Origin: Octopus sinensis
Lineage: Eukaryota
Assembly (NCBI RefSeq): GCF_006345805.1
Contig: NC_043012.1
Coordinates: forward strand, 42,160,001-42,224,000
Length of the DNA: 64,000 nucleotides
Direction of reading: 5' to 3'
The notes beneath the pieces were generated by a model. It ran no database searches, had not been told where the DNA came from, and saw nothing but the letters and a program-made list of their open reading frames with translations. A program made the translations under genes and the position numbers. Positions 1 to 12,274 of the stretch are shown here, piece by piece. Each line of letters begins with the position of its first letter. The stretch's first letter is position 1.

Positions 1-387
1 CACCATCAAACACCACCACCACCACCACCATTACATCTCTTTCTCGCCCTTCCAGTTTCCACACACAACACATTCATTTCTCTCCCCCTCTCTCTCTCCC
101 CAGTAACAAACTCTACCGTCTCCTTTGTCTCTCTCACCCTTCCTTTCACTATTCTACAGTCTCTCTCTCTCTCTCTCTCTCTCGCTCTCTCCCTCTTTCT
201 CCGACTCTCTCCTTAGTCGTCTACTCATACCACACTTCCCACACACCAACTTTATTACAGTCCACACAGACACACCTCATTTCTCCACGACGACTTGATC
301 GAATCACAACCGAACACAGACACTTCTTGTTGCTGTTGTTAACTTATGCTCAAAAAAGAACACGGTATGTCCTTAATACTAATTCGC

Positions 388-521
388 TTTCTTCTTCTTC
401 TTCTTCTTCTTCTTCTTCTTCTTCTTCTTCTTCTTCTTCTTCTTCTTCTTCTTCTTCTTCTTCTTCTTCTTCTTCTTCTTCTTCTTCTTCTTCTTCTTCT
501 TCTTCTTCTTCTTCTTCTTCG
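388..521. repeat. (CTT)n trinucleotide microsatellite
   Basis: Uninterrupted CTT run. It explains the poly-S/poly-L/poly-E ORFs 327..593, 346..648 and 350..748. Confidence 0.97.
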
Positions 522-1225
522 TCGTCGTCGTCTTTTTTTACTCTTTCATTCGCCAGTTCCTTTGAGCCTTTCCAGGGCCTCCGTGTACAGTGAAGGGAAG
601 AAAGAAAAACTATTATCCTCAAACCAAAGGCCTGCTCGCACTGAATGAGGATCACCTGAAAAACTAAAAAAGTACCAAGACTCAGATGGTCGTATAAAAC
701 AAATTGATCCTTTAAATTTACCACTCCAAGAATACAACGGTCTTTCATACACTTTTCCGTTTACCAAAGTCCATTCACAATGCTTTGATCGAGCCACGAC
801 TACAGCAAAAAGATACACGCTCTGGGATCGAACCTGAAATCGCATAGATGGGAAGCAAATCTCTTAGATACACAGCAAAAGTTATTTAGCGCAAGATCAT
901 CCATAACTGAGCAAATCCGATCATGACCACTTCGCCTTTTATGCAAACAATGTAGTTAAGAGTACATCATATGTACATGCCCTACATTTTTAAGACAGTG
1001 TCTGTGAATTGAGAAATATTTGGCTACTATTTCGAGCACGTAGTGACCACGTAGATCTTTTTTTTTTAAGTTATGGTCAGCATTTAGAAATAGCCTCATC
1101 TAAACAATGATAATTACTACAACTGCGAAGTATACAGTAAGGTTCTGTTGCTTAACCCAGTATGATAAAAGATATTCCAACCGTGACAATCTAGTATCAT
1201 TTTTTTCTTTATAATGCATATTATA

Positions 1226-1447
1226 GGCGCAGGAGTGGCTGTGTGATAAGTAGCTTGCTTACCAGCCACATGGTTCCGGGTTCATTCCCACTGCGTGGCA
1301 CCTTGGGAAAGTGTTTTCTACTATAGCCTCAGGCTGACCAAAGCCTTGTGAGTGGATTTGGTACACGGAAACTGAAAGAAGCCCATCGTATATACATGGC
1401 CTCAGCCAAATGACTGAAACAAATAAAAGAATAAAGAATAAAAGAAA
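1226..1447 (+). mobile_element. tRNA-derived SINE (family A), internally deleted copy
   Basis: Head GGCGCAGGAGTGGCTGTGTGATAAG...GGTTCATTCCCAC (A/B-box-like) and body match the reverse complement of 7119-7273. It is joined directly to the tail CATGGCCTCAGCCAAATGACTGAAACAAATAAAAGA, which matches the reverse complement of ~6849-6895. Confidence 0.8.
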
Positions 1448-3412
1448 AGTGTATCACATTCTCCGATGTGCCTTGCTTTGTTTCAAGATAGCAGAGAGAC
1501 AATTTGAAAGAGATTTGGCTGGTGTCTCTAGCAGATCGTGCGAGCACGAACGGACCATCCTCGTTGATTCGCTGTTACTATTGATGGCCTTTTACTATTA
1601 CACGCACCTCCCCTCCCTCTTTCCCCCCTCTTTCACGTACACGCACGCATACACACCTACGTACACGCACATACACATACATACACACTTGCATGCATAC
1701 ATAGAATTAAACACTGCTCATTCTCTCTCTTTGTCTCTCTTAATCCATGTATATACAAATACACAATACATGCATATATGCACATACATTTATACACGCA
1801 TGCATTTATATGTATTACCTCTCACTCTCATTTTACCTCTCTCTTCCTTTCTCTTTCTCTCTTTACCTCTCTCTCATTCATTCTTTCTATCTCTCTTTCT
1901 CCCCCTCTTCTACTTTATAAATATTTTCGTGGGAAACGAACATTTTCGTTTTTTTTTATTGTTGTTTTCGTAGTTGTTCATTTTTTTTTGTACCTCATGG
2001 TCAGCCTTGGTCCAGTGCATCTATGTTACAAGGCCGAACGTGGTCACGTCTTATGTTTTAGGGGATGCAGAGAGATTTGAGGAAATTATAGTTGCCATTT
2101 CTTGCCAGGCTCGGAGTAGGTGATCATCATGGATTTCGTTGCTTTTGTTGTTCTGTTTAGGGATTTTGAAATATTGTTTCAAATGTTTGAAACTGGCACA
2201 AGGTACACACACATACATAGACACATACATAGACACTTATATATATTTACTCACACATATGTAAACATACGTGCAAAGCACCGTACATATCATGTTGTAT
2301 TATAGTACATTATATTCTGTGTCATGTTTACGCTACTTAAGATCCAGAAACCGGTGGTGTTGATGCCTGCTTCATATCCCTGAAACAAACAGAGATCGAT
2401 AAAGTGAGTACCAGACTGATGTGGTAAATGGGATCGATATAATCGATTAAAACACATTAAGGCGGTACCCCAGCCGGGCTTGAGTGCAGCGACCGGAACG
2501 AGGGAGAGGATGATGTGGATAGAGAGACAGACAGACAGATAAATAGATACATAGGAAGATATTATATAGATATTCATTTAAATAGATATTTATGTATACA
2601 TAACACGTAGATCTATTTGTTTGTACATACGTGTGTGTATATGTACCTGTTGTGTCGCTGTGCACTCTTAGTGATTAAGTATTTAGATTAGGAGAGCAAA
2701 GTCTATGCATGCACGAGCGTCTGCACGCACACACACGCGCGCGGGCCGACTGTAAACTCTCATCAGTTATCAGTCAAATATCACCAGAATTGTGACACCT
2801 CTGACAATATTCTCCAATTTGCCGGTCTCAGCAATAATACCTACTGAGGTAAAAATGAACAGGCACACCAGCAGCTTTTCTTATCATAGGTGTCGAAATC
2901 CTGGTATGGTTTGGTTCGTAACTCATAAGAATCTTGAGCTTGTCCGCTATTATTATACGTGTTTGTGTGTGTTTGCCTGTTTCCTTTTTTCTTCCTCACC
3001 CCTTTTTTTTACCTCCTCCTCTATGATGTATAAGTTCCAGACGCTCCCGACATAAATGACAGAACGACAGTGCACTCCCTACCTACGAAGTTGAATATAG
3101 GATTCTTCATTTATGTGCAACTTCTTCATATACATGTATGTGTATAAGTATCTACATTCATACATGCACACACTCACACGCACACATATATAGATATAGA
3201 TATATATAGAGGTATATATATACGCATATATGCATGTATATATATATATATTATATATATATATATATATATAATAACAATTTATATATATACATGCATT
3301 TTATATATATATATATCTATATATATATATATTGTTATATTCGGAATGGTCATATTGCCAGTTTAGCCATTAAATATTTAAACGTAAATATATATATATA
3401 TATGACATACAT

Positions 3413-3444
<32 letters not shown>

Positions 3445-3457
3445 ATATATATAATAG

Positions 3458-3488
<31 letters not shown>

Positions 3489-3556
3489 TATATATATATA
3501 TATAAATATATAATATGCAGATATATATATATATTATAATATATATATAAATATAT

Positions 3557-3589
<33 letters not shown>

Positions 3590-3726
3590 CACACAAACAC
3601 ATATATATAAGGAAATAATTTTATTTTCAAACGCAGGGATAATGCTAATAAACTACCCATATTTTCAGAAAAATATGTTGGCGGCCAGATATATGTATAT
3701 GTACATGTATTGTCTATATATAGATA

Positions 3727-3806
<80 letters not shown>

Positions 3807-3809
3807 GTT

Positions 3810-3909
3810 NNNNNNNNNNNNNNNNNNNNNNNNNNNNNNNNNNNNNNNNNNNNNNNNNNNNNNNNNNNNNNNNNNNNNNNNNNNNNNNNNNNNNNNNNNN
3901 NNNNNNNNN
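3810..3909. other. Assembly gap (100 N)
   Basis: Run of 100 Ns next to a long (TA)n tract. Confidence 1.
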
Positions 3910-3956
3910 TTCAAGATGACATTTCGATAATATCTTTACAAATTGGCAGGAAATTA

Positions 3957-4037
3957 GAGGGAAAGGACAAGATTGGGATTAGTCGTTGCCTACTAGGGGC
4001 TCTTACATACCCGGGCAACGCCGGGCTATGCTGCTAG
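3957..4037 (+). mobile_element. Helitron 3' terminus (sister of 19635-25765)
   Basis: About 80 bp nearly identical to the reverse complement of 19635-19715. It has the subterminal hairpin CCCGG-GCAACG-CCGGG and ends CTAG|T. The upstream sequence diverges and then runs into the N gap. Confidence 0.85.
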
Positions 4038-4083
4038 TATATATATATATGTCTTCCCTTCTCTGGATCTTTCCTTCTCCTAT

Positions 4084-4118
4084 GTTTCCGACGAAGAACT
4101 CCGCTCGAAACGTTAAAC
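4084..4118 (+). ncRNA. Minimal type-I hammerhead ribozyme-like motif (Penelope-type, variant core)
   Basis: GTTT-CCGACGA-A-GAAC-TCC-GCTC-GAAA-CG-TT-AAAC. Helix I is GTTT/AAAC, helix II has one mismatch, helix III is palindromic ACGT, and the core is CCGACGA instead of CTGANGA. Confidence 0.55.
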
Positions 4119-4250
4119 CCTCCTTCTTTCCTTCTTTCCTAAGCGTCCAATAATACTATATTTGTTCCACGTCCTTGCGTTGTGTTTTCATGTTTGGATT
4201 AACTTTACATACATATATACATACACACATACACACACACACAAAGATGA

Positions 4251-4282
<32 letters not shown>

Positions 4283-4494
4283 AATGCATATTTATAGATA
4301 TGTATTATAGCCATATATGACTATTCAAGTGATTAAATATTGTTTTAATTATGAACAATGCATATATACTAGAAGACACATTATATAAAACATGTTTATT
4401 CGTTCAAAATGTTAAGATTATTTACATATATACATGTAAAAAAATAAATACTAAGTACATATTAAATACGTATATATAAATATAATTTATACAA

Positions 4495-4745
4495 TGGCTG
4501 CGTGGTACGTAGCTTGCTTACTAACCACATGGTTCTGGGTTCAGTCCCACTGCGTGATACCTTGAGCAAGTGTCTTCTACCTTGGGAGTGGATTTGGTAG
4601 ACGGAACCTGAAAAAAGGCCGTCGTGTGTGTGTGTGTGTGCGTGTGTGCGTATGTATGTGTGTGTGTGTGTTTCTGTGTCTGTGTTTATTCCCCCACCCA
4701 CCATCACTTGAAAACCGATGTCGGTGTGCTTACATCCCCGTAACA
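4495..4745 (+). mobile_element. tRNA-derived SINE (family A), truncated
   Basis: TGGCTGCGTGGTACGTAGCTTGCTTACTAACCACATGGTTCTGGGTTCAGTCCCACTGCG..., internal (TG)n, then a body matching the reverse complement of the 6849-7273 copy. Confidence 0.8.
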
Positions 4746-4768
4746 AAAGAATATACATCATATATATA

Positions 4769-4819
<51 letters not shown>

Positions 4820-4911
4820 ACATATATATATATGTGTATATATATTAAAAATGACGATTTCGTTTGTTTTGTGTTTTCGCCTTGATTTATATATATACAT
4901 AATTATATATA

Positions 4912-4978
<67 letters not shown>

Positions 4979-6148
4979 TGTGCGTGTGTGTGTGTGTGTG
5001 TGTTTGTGTGTGTGTATGTGTATATATATATATATATGTGAGTATATATGTAATTATATATGTGGATATAGGTATGTATTTATACACATAGAGACACACG
5101 CACGATAGCTAAATACGTGTGTGTGTGTGTCTGTGCGAGCGCGCACGCCACCGGGCGACCATTAAGGAACCAGAAATACGTCTAGGATTTTACGGTATCC
5201 GCCCACTCATTATCCAATCGACCAATCAACATTAAGTTGTAAAAAAATCTTTGACTCTGATTGGATAACTTCCTGCTTTCTCTGTCATTCACTTTGTGAC
5301 TTTACTTTGAAGAACGAACTTAAATATCTGTCGTCACCATCATCATCAACATCAACATCACCGTCATCATCTCATCGTTATCCTCCTCTCCCCTTCTTCT
5401 TCTTCTTCTTCTTCTTCTTCTTCTTCTTCTTCTTCTTCTTCTTCCTCCTCCTCCTCCTCCTTCTCCCCTCCTTATCATCAGCATCATCGTCGTCGTCGTC
5501 ATCATCATCATCATCATCACCAATCTTAATGAAATTTTATACAAAATTTAATACATATATACCAATATATCTCTCTCTATATATATATATCAATATGTGT
5601 GTGTGTGTGTGTGTATTGCGTGTGTGTGTGCGCGCGCGCGAGGTTTGTACCTCAGCATGCACGTATGTAAATACTTAAAATGTATATTCTGTTGTTATAT
5701 TTGTATATACACAGGCGCACCTACACACACACACACACAGCCACAAATATATTTGCATATACAAAATTCTCTATATGTGTGAGTACGTGTGTGTGTGTGT
5801 GTGTGTGTTTGTGTGTGTGTGCGTGTGTGTGTGTGTGTGTGTGTGCGCGTGCGCGTGTGCATGCGTTTGTGTGTGTATGCATGTGTCGATGCATGCGACC
5901 ATCCGTAGAGAACATGATACATAAATACCCACTTGAGCTATTTCCTTATTATTAATATCTCTTCGGTCCCTCCCCATGCACGCATTGACCCCAGTCTACA
6001 TCCACCCGCCTACCCATCCACAATTTTCATCAAACCCACCTATGTCACCCTTCGCGCCAATATCATCATTCTCAACAATATATTTTTATGGTTTTTCACA
6101 TTAAAATTAATTTCCCCTTCGCCCTTTGTATATGTATGCGTATACATA

Positions 6149-6184
<36 letters not shown>

Positions 6185-6213
6185 TGTATGTATGTATGTA
6201 TGTATGTATGTAT

Positions 6214-6251
<38 letters not shown>

Positions 6252-6354
6252 CTGCTGTCTACACCAACTGTCTTCGTCTTTTTTTTTTTTTTTTTGTGAA
6301 TTCTCTCCCTATATGTATATATTTAGAGATATATATATATATATATATTATAAA

Positions 6355-6828
6355 ATGAAATAGGGGTTGAAAATCAACCCACCATGGGATAACATATATC
6401 CAATATACTGCTAGAGAGGTACCCAACAAGACTAATACATAAATGTTAAAAATTGCCATGCAATTAATTCATCTACTGTATTATGTGGGCAAGGGTAAAA
6501 ATATGACCGTAAATTAATAATACAAAATTAGAAAATGGAGAAACATACTTAAATCAATCAAACATCAACCATCAGATAATACCCAATCAATACTTTATTA
6601 CACCATTACATAACAGCAAAGACATTATACAAAATATATTGTAAATATAATTAGACAAGGAAATAGAAATATAAAATACAATTATTTCCTTGTCTAATTA
6701 TAATTACAATATATTTTGTATAATGTCTTTGCTGTTATGTAATGGTGTAATAAAGTATTGATCGGGTATTATCTAATGGTTGATGTTTGATTGATTTAAG
6801 TATGTTTCTCCATTTTCTAATTTTGTAT
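6355..6828 (-). mobile_element. Fold-back element, Penelope pLTR-like (family shared with 39075-39840)
   Basis: Near-perfect inverted arms 6520-6665 and 6683-6828 with a 17-nt loop. Segment 6355-6600 aligns with the reverse complement of ~39590-39840. Confidence 0.8.
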
Positions 6829-6848
6829 ATATATATATATATACTCGC

Positions 6849-7273
6849 ACTCTTTTTACTCTTTTACTTGTTTCAGTCATTTGACTGCGGCCATGCTGGA
6901 GCACCGCCTTTAGTCGAGCAAATCGACCCCGGGACTTATTCTCTGTAAGCCCAGTACTTATTCTATCGGTCTCTTTTGCCGAACCGCTAAGTGACGGGGA
7001 CGTAAACACACCAGCATCGGTTGTCAAGCAATGCTAGGGGGGACAAACACACACACACACACCACACACACACACACACACCACACCAAACCACACACAC
7101 ATTATATATATATATTATATACGACAGGCTTCTTTCAGTTTCCGTCTACCGAATCCACTCACAAGGCATTGGTCGGCCCGGGGCTATAGCAGAAGACACT
7201 TGCCCAAGATGCCACGCAGTGGGACTGAACCCGGAACCATGTGGTTGGTTAGCAAGCTACTTACCACACAGCC
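6849..7273 (-). mobile_element. tRNA-derived SINE (family A), near full length
   Basis: The reverse strand reads GGCTGTGTGGTAAGTAGCTTGCT...GGTTCAGTCCCACTGCG head, body, internal CA microsatellite and a (AAAAGAGT)-like tail. Confidence 0.85.
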
Positions 7274-7297
7274 TATATATATATATATATATATATG

Positions 7298-7891
7298 ATA
7301 GTGTAATAAATAAAATATATGCATACATATAAACATATATGTACGTACCTACATCTACATGTATATATACATGCATATATAAATATATATACATGTGTAC
7401 AGAACACCACAAATAGACGGAGAACTCAACGAGAAACGAAAACGTAAAAACAGCATGGAACGGACCATTCCTTTAACAACGAAAAAACAGAGTACAAGAC
7501 AACTACACAAGGAAAAATCCCCTTCATCAGCCGTCCCTAGTTCAACTCCAGCGTGTTTCGAAGGTGAGGACAGAACACGTCTCGTCGAACTAGTCCTTCT
7601 TGCGAAAGAATTAAATAAAATTCCTTTGCAGAGGGGTAAAAACAAGGAAAAAAAATGTGACAAAATCAGGACGTAAAAGCAATACAATTAAAAACAAATA
7701 CAAAATAAAAATACAATTACAAGAAATACAGTACAAGAAGGAATAGAAACAGGACAGGAAAACAAATAAAGGGGGCCTATAAGCCTAGACGAGGAAAACA
7801 TTTTTTCACGAGCGCAGGAAGAAACATGTTTACTTGAATAAGGCCGCCGGCGAAAGGAACTTCGTAGACCCGGCTGTGAGAGAGATGAGGA

Positions 7892-7940
<49 letters not shown>

Positions 7941-8427
7941 GAAGGAAGCAAAAGAGGGTGAAAGAAAGAGAGAAGAAGGAGTTATGGAGTTTCGCGTCAT
8001 AATTATATATAGAAACCAGCTTAGAGAAGAAGAAGAAACGAAACGAAACGAAACGAATCGAATCGAATCGACGCGAAGGCGCTCAGTCATACAATAGCGT
8101 AATAAATAAAATATATGCATACATACAAACATATATGTACGTACCTACATCTACTCTGTTTTTTCGTTGTTAAAGGAATGGTCGGTTCCGTGCTGTTTTT
8201 ACGTTTTCGTTTCTCGTTGAGTTCTCCGTCTATTTGTGGTGTCCTGTACACATGTATATATATATTTATATATGTATGTATACATGTAGATGTAGGTACG
8301 TACATATATGTTTGTATGTATGCATATATTTTATTTATTACACTATTGTATGACTGAGCGCCTTCGCGTCGATTCGATTCGATTCGTTGTGGTTTCGTTT
8401 CGTTTCTTCTTCTTCTCTAAGCTGGTT
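7298..8427. repeat. Direct plus inverted repeat structure, Penelope pLTR-like
   Basis: 7298-7357 is repeated directly at 8094-8154 (period 796). 8152-8346 is the inverse of 7298-7494, and 8346-8427 is the inverse of ~8014-8094. Confidence 0.8.
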
Positions 8428-8448
8428 ATATATATATCTATATATATA

Positions 8449-8510
<62 letters not shown>

Positions 8511-8601
8511 GTATATGTAAATATGTGTATGTATATATCTGTATATGTATATAAAAATATACACGCATATACATACATACATATACATACATGTATGTAT
8601 G

Positions 8602-8635
<34 letters not shown>

Positions 8636-8652
8636 TGTATGTATGTATGTAT

Positions 8653-8713
<61 letters not shown>

Positions 8714-8903
8714 TACTGTTCGTCATGCTTGAGGGAGTTTGTGTATGTGTGTGTGTCTGTGTGTGCGTGTGTGCACGTAATTTTTGGCGGGAAGTGTATT
8801 TCTCAAGTTGACCTAATATAGAAGTGAAAAACTCACAAGGTGGTGTAGGATGGAAAAGCTGACCTTGTCACTAATTTTGGTGTTAAAATATACACATGTT
8901 GAA

Positions 8904-9115
8904 GGCGGCGAGCTGGCAGAATCGTTAGCACGCCAGACAAGATGATTAGCGTCACTTCGTCCGTCTCTACGTTCTGAGTTCAAATTCCGCCGAGGCTGAC
9001 TTTGCTTTTCATCAATTTAGAGTTTCATAAAATACGTACAGGTTGAGCACTGGGGTCGATTTAATCGATTTGGCCCCTCTCCTAAAACTGCTGGCCTTGT
9101 GCCAAAATTTGAAAC
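8904..9115 (+). mobile_element. tRNA-derived SINE (family B), diverged
   Basis: GGCGGCGAGCTGGCAGAATCGTTAGCACG...GAGTTCAAATTCCGCCGAGG head, homologous to the copies at 40293 and 55481. Confidence 0.8.
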
Positions 9116-9360
9116 TATATAGGCACATGTACATAAATGCTACACACACACACACACACATACACACACTTAAATAGATTCACATAAACAGGTAGAGGCT
9201 CTCACGTACACAGCAGAAGCAACTATCACGTGATTATGTTTTAGAATCTCCATCAAAAAGGTCACTAATGAACGCCATATTTTATTCGCTGACGATCGCG
9301 ACTTGTCACTGACCTACGTTTGATTCTTCACTAAGCATTCACTACCGAATGTACCAAATG

Positions 9361-9398
<38 letters not shown>

Positions 9399-11947
9399 AC
9401 ACACACATACACACACACAGCGTTTATCCCGCTTCTAGTTTAGGGTTCTTATTTTACATACTGATGCAGCCGTGTTGTTACCATAATTGATATGTTCTTT
9501 CCTTTTGACATCGGAACCCTTATCACCGATATCCGGGTTTTCAGAGCGTTGTCTCATGCCGCGACGAAGCTCCGAGTTATGAAGTAGAATTTTATCCCAG
9601 AACTCAAAGAACCAGAACAGATATCGTTCGATTCTCTGTCCTAGACTGGTATTTTATTTATCGACATCCGAAAGAGATGAAATGCAAAATTGACCTTGGT
9701 GGGTATTGAACTCAGAGTTCAGTAAATCAGGACAAATGCTGTAAGGTATTTTAACCGACTCTCTAAACGGGTGTGCCAATCACCACCTGGAACTGTAGGA
9801 ATTCAGCGTAGGACGCCATTAATGTACACACAGATAGATGGATAGAGAGATTGAATTGCTGACAAGACAACAGTATTTCGTTTTGTTACCTCAATATACT
9901 ACGAAGTACATTAAGTCAATACTGTGTCGTACTGTGTTAACAATGCTTTCAATTTCATTGTAAATTTATATCTACAGATCCTCTATAGAATTCAGAGGTA
10001 GCACTGTAATTTATGACGTTTCGTAAACAAATACGTCTATGTAAACAATGCGATCGAAGATAGAAAAAGTAGATGATGGGTGTATATGCATATTTCTAGG
10101 ATAATTGTCCTTTCATCAGTACCTCATCCAACCTATCAATCATCCACGAACACATTACCGAGGTTTAGCAGTGTAAGACATCTGAATAGACCAATAGGTC
10201 AATCCAATTATCCATTACGTTATCTTATGCATCTTTTTGAATCTTTCATCTTTTCAGAGTTGACACATATAAAGAAAGATGGATTGGCGGTGGATTGATG
10301 GAACTCTAAGATCGTCGGCTGGATATCTTGTGGTATTTGTTCCAGCTCTAATTGCGTTCTTAGTTCAAATTTCATCACGGTTTATATGGGAATCCGACTT
10401 CAGGCTCTCTGACTTGAGGCTACTTTCCTCCCGTCTACCAACCTGTTTCAGAGGTCCCGAAAAGAATCATCAGCCTTGCTTTCCTACCTAACTGATAATA
10501 GGACAGTTTTGAAAGAGATTTGGCTGTTATTTCTAGCAGTTCGAATCATCGCTTAGAGAAGTTATGATGATGTTCTCGGTGTATCGGTATTGTTTTGTTT
10601 TTGTTGTTGTGCTGTGGTTGTGATTGTGTTACTGTTGTTGCTGTTGTGAGGATGATGTAGCTATAATGACGTTGCTAATGTTGTTATTGTTGTGGTTGTT
10701 GTTTCGGTTCTTTACGTTATGAGTTCAAATCACGACGAGGTCAAATTGCCTTTCATTCCCCACCCCCACCCTGATCCGATAAAATAAAATGTCAATCAGC
10801 GACTGACTAACCCCGACCCTCAAAATTGCTGGTCTTGTGCCTTAATCAGAAACCGTTCTTGTTGTCACACTACTGTGGCTAACATTGCAGTTGTTGTTGT
10901 TGTTGATCGTGGTGTGGGGGGGATGATGGTGGTGGTGCTGCTGCTGCTATTGGTGATGCTATTGATGCTGGTGGTGATGGGGTTGATGCTGAACCATGAT
11001 ATATATTCAATCTTTGATGTTTCGTTTTGGGATTTGGCTTGCAAGATTCTTTATGTTCAGAGATGAGGTATTATGTACACCATTTACATTATTTACATTT
11101 GACGGATATTTGTCCTCATCTTGCTTGTTGTTAACACAACGTTTCAGCTGATATACCCTCCAGACTGTGAAAAATGTATTTTGCTGTTATTATCTCGTTT
11201 CAGGGCTTTCGACGGTCATCTTAACAAAATTCCATTTTCTTCATATTTCCATTGTCACTACGGCAAATGTGATTATCACACACCTGGCACAGGTAAGACT
11301 TCGTCTTGATTTTGGCATAGATGTTCGCATACATGTCTGTGCGTACCCGCACACACACACACACACAAACTTATACAAATATCTACATAGAACATACATA
11401 TAGACAAAATAGCAATATATGTGTGTGTATGTATGTATGTATGTGTACGTGTGTATGTATGTATATTTTACTATAGTAAATGAGTTTGCTTACGTCAATA
11501 GGATATGTGTGTGTGTGTTTATGAATGTAGATGTATATGTAGACCTGACGTAAATAAATTAATTTATACATGCAGATATTCAAAAACACACGCTCACATA
11601 TAGACTCACAATCGGCGTAGAACTTATAGTAGACCTAAATCAAAAGTTATTATCACCTGACGATAAAATTCTTGACCGATCAAACAATTAAAACATATCT
11701 ATGTTTCATTCAATTACTCTTGTATTTGTTCTTCCATTTGTTATATTTAAACGTTGTCGTCTGCTTCCATTCAATTTTCTCGTTTTTTTTTTATTTATGT
11801 ATTTTCCTCATTTACCAGGAATGAAACTACAAATCATCTATAAGCAGCAGTAGACACAGCAGCCATTCTTATAGATGATTTGTAGTTTCATTCCTGGTAA
11901 ATGAGGAAAATAATAATAAAAAAAAAAACGAGAAAATTGAATGGAAG

Positions 11948-12019
<72 letters not shown>

Positions 12020-12039
12020 CCACACACAAACACAGAAAA

Positions 12040-12180
12040 ACTAAAGACGAAGACAGGTGTATGAACAATGAGCAGGTGTATTAGTTTGATGCTTGAGAAA
12101 GTGAGAAAGTCTTTTACCTTTCGAGCCTACGCACTTCAATAGAAAGGAACATGAGGAAATAAACAGAGAGAGAAAAAAAA
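12040..12180 (-). mobile_element. Penelope-like 3' end (pLTR fragment) with degenerate hammerhead
   Basis: Shares CAGGTGTATGAACAAT(G/A)AGCAGGT with the 3' end of the PLE at 14351-14375. The minus strand reads CTTT-CTATTGA-A-GTGC-GTAG-GCTC-GAAA-GG-TA-AAAG at 12111-12146. Confidence 0.6.
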
Positions 12181-12241
12181 AACTTGTGGATGTACGTATG
12201 TATGTATTTGCATACACACACATATATATTATAATATATAT

Positions 12242-12274
<33 letters not shown>

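Noticed and set aside
327-748. Poly-S/L/E ORFs
   Set aside because: They are translations of the (CTT)n microsatellite.
7490-7610. Hammerhead from CCTTCGAAAC and CTGATGAAG on the minus strand
   Set aside because: Helix I and helix III cannot be formed consistently in any permutation I tried.
8904-8990. tRNA-like sequences (also at 1226, 40293, 55481 and 58403)
   Set aside because: These are SINE heads with A/B boxes that run into shared SINE bodies, and they lack a full cloverleaf.
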